37,119 nt of DNA from Verrucomicrobiota bacterium (GTDB lineage Bacteria; Verrucomicrobiota; Verrucomicrobiia; Chthoniobacterales; Chthoniobacteraceae), in the NCBI GenBank assembly GCA_041191265.1, contig JBEEPE010000220.1:1-37119 (forward strand), in the 5' to 3' direction. Position 1 is the first letter of the stretch. Each line of letters opens with the position of its first letter. The position numbers and the translations under genes were made by a program. The notes below the pieces were generated by a model that was not told the DNA's origin, made no database searches, and saw only the letters and a program-made list of their open reading frames with translations. Positions 1 through 7,468 of this stretch are shown here, piece by piece.

Positions 1-2
1 CG

Positions 3-1169
3 TTGATGGACACCATGACGAACGTGGTGGGGGTGTTGATCATCATGATGGTGATGATTGGGATTAGTTTGGCGACGACGGTGAAGAAGGTGTTGTCGGA
101 GCTCCCGGATGTGTCGGTGGAGGAGCACGCGAAGTTGAAGGAAGAGGTGAAGAAGTTTGAGGAGAAGCGGGATCCAGCGGAGGTGAAGCAGGACATCGCA
201 AAGGTGCAGGAGGATCTGAAGAAGTTGGAGGAGGCGATGGCGAAGCTTGAGGAGCAGAAGGCGAAGGATCCCGTGGTGATGGTGGATATCGAGAAACTGC
301 TCAAGGAACTGGAGATGTTGGAGAAAGAGCGGAATGAGCGCAGAGACCGTGTTGCGGCGTTGACCGATGAGGCGGAGAAGCTCAAGGCGCGCTTGGACAC
401 AACGCCGCGCTACGTTCCTCCTCCGCCGGTTCAGGTGCGCCTGCCGAACCCGAAAACGATGCCCGACCAGGCGGCTATTCACCATGTTCTGGTTTCGGGG
501 AACAAGTTGATGCCGGTTCGGATTCAGGAGCTTCAGACGGCGGTGGAGAACGAGTTGGAGGAGTTGAAGAAGAACAACTCGGACATCATTGTGAAGAAGG
601 AGGATGTGAAAGGTCCTGACGGTAAGCCGATGATGAAGAAGGTGGCGGGTAAGGCACCTGCACCGATGCGGAAAGTGACGTTTGAGCCAGTGAAGCTGAC
701 GAAATACTTCGATCGGAAGCTGAATCAGCGCCCGCCTTCGCCGCGGGATGCGAATCGCGATTTTTTGGTGGAAGTTGGTGCGGCGCCTGGATCGGCAGCG
801 GTCCAGATGAAGCTCACCATGCGCACCGAGGCGGGAGAGTCATTTGAAATGGCGCGGCAGCCTGCATCGACTTTTCGGATGCTGCTGAAACTGTTGAAGC
901 AGGATCCGAAGTCGGTCGTGTGGTTTCATGTGAGCAAAGATTCGATTCCAGCGTATCTTGCGGCGCGCGATATTGTGGATGCAGAGGGGTTGCCGGTTAC
1001 TTGGGAGATTGATGATCGCAAGGGATGGTCTGTGACCCTGCCGAACGACTATCAGGTGCCGTTTACGCCACCTCCTGTAGTAGCGAAGCCCCCCACTCCT
1101 CCTCCTCCTCCGGGCGCGCCGGCGAAACCTGCCGTGACCATTGCTGCCCCCAAGGCTGCGGTCGATTAG
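3..1169 (+). CDS. Hypothetical membrane-anchored coiled-coil, proline-rich protein (5' end may lie outside the window); faint ExbD/TolR-like look
   Basis: The ORF is open to the left window edge (TTG at 3, ATG at 6 and 15). It has a hydrophobic helix VVGVLIIMMVMIGISLATTV, then about 100 aa of E/K/L-rich heptad-like sequence (KLKEEVKKFEEK...EKLKARL). PPPP occurs near aa 140 and the C-terminal tail is PPPVVAKPPTPPPPPGAPAKP. The segment DPKSVVWFHVSKDSIPAYLAARDIVDAEGLPVTWE resembles the ExbD/TolR periplasmic domain by eye only. Confidence 0.6.
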   Translation: MMDTMTNVVGVLIIMMVMIGISLATTVKKVLSELPDVSVEEHAKLKEEVKKFEEKRDPAEVKQDIAKVQEDLKKLEEAMAKLEEQKAKDPVVMVDIEKLLKELEMLEKERNERRDRVAALTDEAEKLKARLDTTPRYVPPPPVQVRLPNPKTMPDQAAIHHVLVSGNKLMPVRIQELQTAVENELEELKKNNSDIIVKKEDVKGPDGKPMMKKVAGKAPAPMRKVTFEPVKLTKYFDRKLNQRPPSPRDANRDFLVEVGAAPGSAAVQMKLTMRTEAGESFEMARQPASTFRMLLKLLKQDPKSVVWFHVSKDSIPAYLAARDIVDAEGLPVTWEIDDRKGWSVTLPNDYQVPFTPPPVVAKPPTPPPPPGAPAKPAVTIAAPKAAVD

Positions 1170-1298
1170 GCGGTGCTCGCGTTGTTGTGTAGAGTTGATT
1201 CGCCTAAACTTCGGCGGCGGGTTCACCTCCTCCACCATCCCCCCGAACCGTCGGTATCTAAAAACTGCAACGGCCCTCTCTCACCTCACCGAGTTGCG

Positions 1299-1331
1299 AA
1301 AAAATTCGTCTGCCTCGGTGGCTCAGACGAA
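1299..1331 (-). terminator. Rho-independent terminator after the M20 gene (end of the esterase-sulfatase-M20 operon)
   Basis: On the minus strand, 8-bp stem TTCGTCTG (1331-1324) / CAGACGAA (1312-1305) with an 11-nt loop, followed by TTTTTT (complement of the A6 run at 1299-1304). The stop codon (1323-1325) sits at the junction of the 5' arm and the loop. Confidence 0.6.
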
Positions 1332-2495
1332 GCGTCGGACGTAGTCGTGGAAGAAAGTTGCGGCGAACTCGACTTCAGCGATGGGCACATGCTCCGCCGC
1401 TGTGTGCGCGAGGTCGATGTCGCCGGGCCCGATAATCAGACTCGGAATACCAATCGCCGAGAGCTTGCTCGCATCGCTTCCGAAGGGAACGCCGCAGGGC
1501 GTGCCGTCTCTGCCCGCTCGTTGAAGAACGTCCGATGCGACAGCAACCGCGGGATCAGTCGTATCTGTTTCGAGGGGAACATCGACGAGCATCGGAGCAT
1601 CCATCGAGAACTGGAACCCAGGAATGACGTGGGCAACTCCGTCCAGAAGCTGGTGATAATGCGCGAGTACGGACTCGGCTGTTTCTTTGGGCAGAAGGCG
1701 GCGGTCGACTTCAATGGAACACTGGTCGGGCACAAAGTTGACTTGCACTCCGCCGTGAATGACGCCGACGTTCGCGGTGGCGGGGCCGAGTAACGGGTGA
1801 GGGTGTTGGGCCAACTCGCGAGCATCGGCTTCGATGGCCTGAATCACTCTGGTCATCATAGAGATGGCGTTGACGCCGAGGTGGGGCTTTGAGCTGTGTG
1901 CCGCGCGTCCGTGTGTGTGAATCTTCCATCGTAGGACACCTTTGCTGGCGACGACGGGGCGCATTCCTGTCGGCTCGGCGACGAGCGCAGCGAGGGGTTG
2001 TGGACTTCCGGTTTGCTGAAGCCTTTCACAGAGCGCAACAACGCCGCGAAAACTGTACTCCTCGTCGACGGCAGCGCACAACCAAACGTCCACGGGAGGA
2101 GGTTCGTCAGATTTTGCGATGGTTTCGATGGCGTGAAGCATGGCCGCGAGACCGCCCTTGGTGTCGCAACTGCCCCGTCCGTAAAGATTGCCTTCCTTGA
2201 TGACAGGATCGAAGGGAGGGATGGTCATCCCCTTGATGCTGACGGTGTCCGTGTGCGCTTCGAAGAGGATACAGCGGGAGCGGTCGCGCCCAGGGACTTT
2301 GGCGAGGACGTTGGGGCGTCCGGGGAATACCTCGTGGGATTCGGTTTCAATGTGCGCCGATTGGAGGCGGTGAAGGATCCATGCGGCGATGGCTCCCTCG
2401 CCGGGGCCACCTTCGTAGGCCGGATTGACGCTGTTGATTCGAACGAGTTCTTCGAGGAGTTCGACAACGGTCGAAGCACGGGAGGACGGGCTCAT
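1323..2495 (-). CDS. M20 family metallo-amidohydrolase (ArgE/DapE/acetylornithine deacetylase-like)
   Basis: 390 aa with M20 signatures [15 protein letters not shown] and VDEE. No signal peptide. The ATG (2495-2493) overlaps the upstream sulfatase stop (ATGA overlap). Confidence 0.85.
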   Translation of the reverse strand: MSPSSRASTVVELLEELVRINSVNPAYEGGPGEGAIAAWILHRLQSAHIETESHEVFPGRPNVLAKVPGRDRSRCILFEAHTDTVSIKGMTIPPFDPVIKEGNLYGRGSCDTKGGLAAMLHAIETIAKSDEPPPVDVWLCAAVDEEYSFRGVVALCERLQQTGSPQPLAALVAEPTGMRPVVASKGVLRWKIHTHGRAAHSSKPHLGVNAISMMTRVIQAIEADARELAQHPHPLLGPATANVGVIHGGVQVNFVPDQCSIEVDRRLLPKETAESVLAHYHQLLDGVAHVIPGFQFSMDAPMLVDVPLETDTTDPAVAVASDVLQRAGRDGTPCGVPFGSDASKLSAIGIPSLIIGPGDIDLAHTAAEHVPIAEVEFAATFFHDYVRRFV

Positions 2496-3853
2496 TTGGC
2501 GGTTGGCTTTTTCTGGACGGGTGGATTGAGCGGCCAGTCGGGATGGTTGGAGTGCGACTGCGCCATGAATGCAGTGAGTTCGGCGACTTTCTCTGGATGC
2601 GCCTCGGCGACATTTTTTGATTCGGCAGGATCGCTGATCAGATTGAAGAGTTCGACCGGCGCGTTGGGCGCTGGTTTGACGGCTTTCCAGTCACCGATTC
2701 GAGCGGCTTGCTGCGGCTTACCTTCGTGCAGTTCCCAGTAGAAGCCTGGTCGCTTTGGGGCGTCACCTCCTTTGAGGTAACTGACAAGCGAGAGTCCGTC
2801 TGGTTTGAATGCTGTTGGTAACGAGGCGTTTGCGAGTTCCGTTGCTGTGGGGAGAAAGTCCCAGAATGCCCAAGGACCGGTTGCGACGCGGTTGGCGGGA
2901 ATGGTTCCGGGCCAGCGTGCGATGGCTGCCTGCCTGAGGGCGCCTTCGTAGAGGCTTCGCTTGTAGCCGCGCAAGCCGTTGGATGCCTGTTCGAACAACT
3001 TCCCGATCTCCGAGGAAGGTGCGAATGAGGAACCATTATCGCCTGTGGTGATGACCAGCGTGTTTTCGTCGAGGCTCAGTTGTTTGAGTAACGAGAGGAC
3101 CCGCCCGATGTCCGCGTCGAGTCGGGTAACTTGAGCTGCGTAGGCCTTTTGTTGCGGGGTCCACGGTTGATTGGCGTAGGGTCCGAGGTCGTCAATCTCG
3201 TGACGACCGTGGGGAAGGGTGATGGCGTAGAAGAGGAAGAACGGTTGATCTTTGACGGAGCGAATCCAGCGCAAGGATTCGTCTGCGATGAGGTTTTGCG
3301 CGTAGGTTTTTCCGACGGCTTTTCCGTCATTTCCATCGAGCGGGATTCGTTGTTCGTCGTTGTACAGGTACTTTGGAAAATAGCTGTGGGCGTGGCGCTG
3401 GCAGTTGTATCCGAAGAAGTGATCGAACCCGTTTTTGAGTGGGCTACCGGAGGTGTCGAACATTCCCATTCCCCATTTCCCGATGCAGGCGGTTGCATAA
3501 CCAGCTTTCCTCAGGATGGATGCGACGGTTGGAGTTCCTTCTGGCAGCGGCTTTTGTCCTTCGGGTTGGATTTCGCGATTGGCGCGGATGGGGCAATGGC
3601 CGGAGTGGAGTCCGGTCAGGAGGGACGCGCGACTGGGCGCGCAAACGCTGGTGCCGCAATAGGACTGGGTGAAGCGAGTTCCCTCAGCTGCCATGCGGTC
3701 GAGGTTGGGGGTTTGAATGAGTTTTTGGCCGTAGGCACCGACGTCACCTTGTGCGAGATCGTCGCTCAGGATGTAGATGATGTTTGGGCGTGCGTTGGCT
3801 GCATCGCAGATGGCGGTGAGGAGCAGCGAGAGAAGGAGGGCGAGGCGTTTCAT
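2492..3853 (-). CDS. Secreted Cys-type sulfatase (S1 family, arylsulfatase A-like)
   Basis: The track ORF was trimmed to the Met starting the signal peptide [21 protein letters not shown] (CAT at 3851-3853). Motifs: [11 protein letters not shown] and the formylglycine motif C-A-P-S-R in [15 protein letters not shown]. Confidence 0.9.
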   Translation of the reverse strand: MKRLALLLSLLLTAICDAANARPNIIYILSDDLAQGDVGAYGQKLIQTPNLDRMAAEGTRFTQSYCGTSVCAPSRASLLTGLHSGHCPIRANREIQPEGQKPLPEGTPTVASILRKAGYATACIGKWGMGMFDTSGSPLKNGFDHFFGYNCQRHAHSYFPKYLYNDEQRIPLDGNDGKAVGKTYAQNLIADESLRWIRSVKDQPFFLFYAITLPHGRHEIDDLGPYANQPWTPQQKAYAAQVTRLDADIGRVLSLLKQLSLDENTLVITTGDNGSSFAPSSEIGKLFEQASNGLRGYKRSLYEGALRQAAIARWPGTIPANRVATGPWAFWDFLPTATELANASLPTAFKPDGLSLVSYLKGGDAPKRPGFYWELHEGKPQQAARIGDWKAVKPAPNAPVELFNLISDPAESKNVAEAHPEKVAELTAFMAQSHSNHPDWPLNPPVQKKPTAK

Positions 3854-3869
3854 GGGGGGGGCGGTTCCG

Positions 3870-4694
3870 TTATCGCGGTGCCGGGGAGGATTTCTGAAGG
3901 CGTTGCATGGCCTCGGCGTAGCGCTTTCCAAACTCGCGGAGGGCGGGGGTGTCAAAGTGCAGCCGATCGCCTTTATGGCCGAGGCCCTCTGATGGAACGA
4001 CTGCGGCGTGAGGGACGTTGGAGGGAAGGCTATCGATTTCCTCGTTGATTTTGCGCCAGAGGTTCGGAGTTCCGTTTGGGTTGGACTCCACGATGAACGT
4101 GCCGAGATGCCCGGCGACAAACGGCATGTTGGGGGACGAGATTTGCGTTCGTAAGTCAGACACCATTGCGGCGAGCCGTTTCCCGTAAGTGGGGGCGAGG
4201 GACGTGGTGCTATCTGCTTCGCCTTGGTGCCAGAGGATGCCTTTGAGGGTTCCGTGCTGGCGTGCTACCTCGAGCCGTGCGAGCGCTTGTTTCCAGAGAT
4301 CGCCGTCTTTTTCCCATCGTGACAGGGGCGTGCCTCCGACGGCGCAAGGGATGAGGCCGATGACGATGGGTTCGGGTGCTGTCTCGGCCATTGTTGCGGC
4401 GAAGGAGGTGCCGAGGGCTGCGCCGGCAATGGGTTTGTCGAAATGGAGGGGTTCGGTTGAGGGGACCCACTTGTTTTCTTTGTCGAGTTTCAGGACGCGC
4501 GGGTGGGGTTTTTGATCGGGTGGAACGACGCCGCGACCGGCCATGTTGGATTGGCCGATGAGCAGGTAGAGGTGGAAGTCTTCCTTTCGGCTTGGGACGG
4601 AAGATTGCGCGGAGGCGGTGGATGTTCTGAGCGGGCTGAGGCTCAGGAGGATTGTCGCGAGAAAAAAGAGATTGGATCGAAGGGAGGCGCTCAT
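3870..4694 (-). CDS. Sialate O-acetylesterase-like carbohydrate esterase (SASA/DUF303 type)
   Basis: Trimmed to [21 protein letters not shown]... (signal peptide, CAT at 4692-4694). Motifs [12 protein letters not shown] and [10 protein letters not shown] are typical of the SASA family. Confidence 0.8.
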   Translation of the reverse strand: MSASLRSNLFFLATILLSLSPLRTSTASAQSSVPSRKEDFHLYLLIGQSNMAGRGVVPPDQKPHPRVLKLDKENKWVPSTEPLHFDKPIAGAALGTSFAATMAETAPEPIVIGLIPCAVGGTPLSRWEKDGDLWKQALARLEVARQHGTLKGILWHQGEADSTTSLAPTYGKRLAAMVSDLRTQISSPNMPFVAGHLGTFIVESNPNGTPNLWRKINEEIDSLPSNVPHAAVVPSEGLGHKGDRLHFDTPALREFGKRYAEAMQRLQKSSPAPR

Positions 4695-4836
4695 GGGGTG
4701 TGGGTTGTGGGTTGGGCGGTGGTGCAGGGATTGTTCCATGTTGTGGGTCAGAGAGAGGCGGTTGAGACAATCCTGCTGGGTTGCGGAACCATCTGCGCGC
4801 GACAGGGGGGCGGCGGCGTGGCATCGTGGGAGGGTT

Positions 4837-5958
4837 ATGAAAGAGATTCGAGTCGGTATCATTGGAGGCGGTCTGATGGGCCGCGAGATGGCGAGTGCAT
4901 TTGCGCGCTGGTGTGCGTTGACCGATGTGGCTGTTCGCCCTGTTTTGACGGCGGTGGCTGATTTGAATCCGGCGACGTTGGAGTGGTTCAAAATCATTCC
5001 CTCGTGCCAACATTTGGTGACGGATCATCGGGCCTTGCTCGCGTTGCCTGACGTCGATGTGGTGTATGTTGCGGTGCCGCACAACCTGCATGAGGCGCTT
5101 TATTTGGACGTATTGAATGCGGGTAAGGATTTGTTCGCGGAGAAGCCGTTTGGGATTGATCTGGCGTCGGCGAAGCGGATTGCGGAGGCGGCGGAGAAGT
5201 CGGGCCGCTTTGTGCGTTGCAGTTCGGAGATGCCGTTCTTTCCGGGGGCGCAACGGGCGTTTGCGTTGGCGCGCTCTGGCGGGGTGGGGCGGGTCTTGGA
5301 GGTGGTTTCCGCGTTTCACCACAGTAGCGATTTGGATCCGACGAAGCCGGCCAACTGGAAGCGATTGAGCCACACTTGCGGGGAGGGCGGGGTGTTGAAC
5401 GACCTTGGGATGCACGCGTGCCACATTCCGTTGCGCTTGGGCTGGAAGCCGTCGCGAGTGTTTGCGCAGTTGCAAAAGGGGTATGCGGAGCGGCCGGATG
5501 GAAAGGGCGGTGTGGCGGCGTGCGACACGTGGGATAACGCGTTGGTGCACACGTGGATTGATACGGGTGGGTGGGAGGTGCCGATGCGGCTTGAAATGAA
5601 ACGATTGGCGCCTGGGGCAACGAATTCGTGGTTCATTGAAATTTTGGGCACGGAGGGAGGAGTCCGTTTTTCGACGGCTGAACCGAAGACGTTGTGGCAG
5701 TTTGAGCGAGGTAAGGAGCAATGGTGGAAGCGAACGGACCTTGGATTTTCGACGCCGTTCAAAGTTGTGACGGGCGGGATTTTTGAGCCGGGGTTTGCGG
5801 ATGTGATTCAGCAGATGTGGGCGGCGTATTTGATGGAGCGCGAAGGGTTACTGGACGGCAGGTTTGGGTGTGCGACGCCTGCTGAGGCGGTTGCATCGCA
5901 CGAGATTTTCCACGCTGCGCTGGAATCGCACCGCGCCTCGTCGGTCGTCCGGATGTGA
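4837..5958 (+). CDS. Gfo/Idh/MocA family NAD(P)-dependent oxidoreductase
   Basis: Trimmed to MKEIRVGIIGGGLMGREMA (Rossmann GxGxxG) with an upstream GGGAGGG Shine-Dalgarno. AEKPFG motif. 373 aa, no signal peptide. Confidence 0.85.
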   Translation: MKEIRVGIIGGGLMGREMASAFARWCALTDVAVRPVLTAVADLNPATLEWFKIIPSCQHLVTDHRALLALPDVDVVYVAVPHNLHEALYLDVLNAGKDLFAEKPFGIDLASAKRIAEAAEKSGRFVRCSSEMPFFPGAQRAFALARSGGVGRVLEVVSAFHHSSDLDPTKPANWKRLSHTCGEGGVLNDLGMHACHIPLRLGWKPSRVFAQLQKGYAERPDGKGGVAACDTWDNALVHTWIDTGGWEVPMRLEMKRLAPGATNSWFIEILGTEGGVRFSTAEPKTLWQFERGKEQWWKRTDLGFSTPFKVVTGGIFEPGFADVIQQMWAAYLMEREGLLDGRFGCATPAEAVASHEIFHAALESHRASSVVRM

Positions 5959-5999
5959 GGCGACGCTTCGAGGGATGGGATTGCGAGGTGATTGGGTTG

Positions 6000-6024
6000 G
6001 GCGCGGCCTTTGGCAGGCCGCGCC
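6000..6024. terminator. Perfect 10-bp GC-rich hairpin between convergent genes (possible bidirectional terminator, no U-tract)
   Basis: GGCGCGGCCT (6000-6009), loop TTGGC, AGGCCGCGCC (6015-6024). It lies 42 nt after the oxidoreductase stop and 5 nt after the sulfatase stop (6030-6032). Confidence 0.5.
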
Positions 6025-6029
6025 AATCG

Positions 6030-7466
6030 TCACGGCCTACTTCGACCGTCGTCGCGGACTTTTGCGAGGGCGGCCGCGATTTCTTTCACGATTTCGGGTT
6101 TTTCGGTGGCGAGGTTGGTCGTCTCGCCGGGGTCTTGGACGAGATTAAATAAGATGTGCCGATGGCCGCTTTTTGCCCCTTTAGTTTCGATGAGTTTCCA
6201 AGGTCCAGCGCGCACGGCGAGGGCGTCGTCGCTTGTATCGCCCTGCACCACAGTCATCTTTCGAATCGGATCTGAGTGTGGTTCGGCGCGCAATGCCGGT
6301 AGGATGTTGAACGAGTCGCCCCCTTCGGAGGGTGGAAGCGGAACATTGAGGAGGGCTGCAACGGTCGCAAGCAGGTCGGTGAAGCAGATGGTTTCGTCCG
6401 ACACGGTGCCTGCGGGAACTTGGCCTGGCCATCGTGCAATGAATGGAACGCGATGCCCGCCTTCGAACGGGGTGCCTTTGCCGTCGTGCCACGGGCCATT
6501 GGCGATGTGACCGAGGGCCCGTGCATCTCTTTTGGCGGAGCTGGCCTTCTCGCGAACGCCCCCCGCTTCGCTGGCCAGATTGAGCTTCACGTTTTTTGAC
6601 CCTTTAAAATCTGAAATGGCTGCGCCGTTGTCGCTGGTGAAAAGAACCAGCGTCTTTTCGCTAAGTTGGAATCGCTCGAGTGATGCGAGGATTCGTCCAA
6701 CGTGATGATCCAGCTCTTGGATGTAGTCACCGTAAAGTCCCGCTGCACTCTTGCCACGAAATCGCTCAGCAGGGGTGATGTGCGTGTGCGGAATCACCGA
6801 GGTGAAGTAGAGGAAGAACGGACGATCACGGTTTTCCTCGATGAAGTGCAGCGCTTTGGTGACAAGAGTCCCACTCACCAAATCGTCCACTCGGGGCTGC
6901 GCGAGGCCTTCTGGGAAGTCACGGCCTTTGACGACGCGAAATGGTTGGTCTGGCTTTCGCCCGACGATGTCATGGTTTTCGATGAAAGCGCGGAACGGGT
7001 CGTTATGGTTTTGGGGCACGCCGAAGTGCGCGTCGAAGCCGACCTCAAGAGGTCCCGTGATGGGCAGTTGGTTCCAGTCTTTGCTGTAACCGAGGTGCCA
7101 TTTGCCGATGGCCGCCGAGCGATAGTTTTGGGACTTCAGCAGGGAGGCGAGATTCATCCGATCTCGCTCGAGGTGGTAGTCGTTTCCCGTCTGATGCAGA
7201 CGCCAAGGATAGCGCCCGGAGAGCAATCCATACCGGGAGGGAGAGCAGACGGATGCGGGCGAATGCGCGTCGGTAAACTTCATTCCCTCGCGGGCGAGAC
7301 GGTCAATGTTCGGCGTTTTGATTTTTGTTGCGCCGTAGCAGCCGACATCTCCGTAGCCAAGGTCATCCGCGAGGATGAGAACGAGGTTGGGTTTGGAGGG
7401 AGTTTCGGCGTGCAGCACCGTCAGTTGTGCGAGCGAGAGAGCGGTGAGAAGGGCGATTGCATTCAT
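6030..7466 (-). CDS. Secreted Cys-type sulfatase (S1 family)
   Basis: Trimmed to MNAIALLTALSLAQLTVLHA (CAT at 7464-7466). Motifs: PNLVLILADDLGYGD and C-S-P-S-R in SVCSPSRYGLLSG. The start lies 2 nt after the stop of the upstream sulfatase. Confidence 0.9.
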   Translation of the reverse strand: MNAIALLTALSLAQLTVLHAETPSKPNLVLILADDLGYGDVGCYGATKIKTPNIDRLAREGMKFTDAHSPASVCSPSRYGLLSGRYPWRLHQTGNDYHLERDRMNLASLLKSQNYRSAAIGKWHLGYSKDWNQLPITGPLEVGFDAHFGVPQNHNDPFRAFIENHDIVGRKPDQPFRVVKGRDFPEGLAQPRVDDLVSGTLVTKALHFIEENRDRPFFLYFTSVIPHTHITPAERFRGKSAAGLYGDYIQELDHHVGRILASLERFQLSEKTLVLFTSDNGAAISDFKGSKNVKLNLASEAGGVREKASSAKRDARALGHIANGPWHDGKGTPFEGGHRVPFIARWPGQVPAGTVSDETICFTDLLATVAALLNVPLPPSEGGDSFNILPALRAEPHSDPIRKMTVVQGDTSDDALAVRAGPWKLIETKGAKSGHRHILFNLVQDPGETTNLATEKPEIVKEIAAALAKVRDDGRSRP

Positions 7467-7468
7467 GG

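Noticed and set aside
3854-3861. G8 (C8 on the coding strand) homopolymer directly abutting the sulfatase start codon. Similar G7-G8 runs occur at 8477-8483, 15205-15212 and 34014-34020.
   Set aside because: It could suggest slipped-strand phase variation. However, the first tract is intergenic inside an operon, and the others simply encode Pro-Pro or Gly-Gly in conserved genes, including rpsE. There is no evidence of variability from a single sequence.
3854-4120. N-terminal extensions of many track ORFs (sulfatases, esterase, oxidoreductase, sialidases, RND, MFP, leuC, rpsL, rplV, rplR and others).
   Set aside because: In each case an internal Met begins a textbook signal peptide or the conserved family N-terminus. 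The upstream part is low-complexity and often overlaps the neighbouring gene, so the coordinates were trimmed accordingly.
4210-5721. Very long antisense ORFs, for example 503 aa at 4210-5721 (-), 305 aa at 3131-4048 (+), 299 aa at 17365-18264 (+), 256 aa at 6702-7472 (+) and 247 aa at 1998-2741 (+).
   Set aside because: They are Arg/Pro/Gly/Asp-rich, low-complexity and lie exactly opposite well-supported genes. The coding strands use G-ending codons heavily and avoid TTA, CTA and TCA, so the antisense frame rarely meets a stop. This is a compositional artefact, not overlapping genes.
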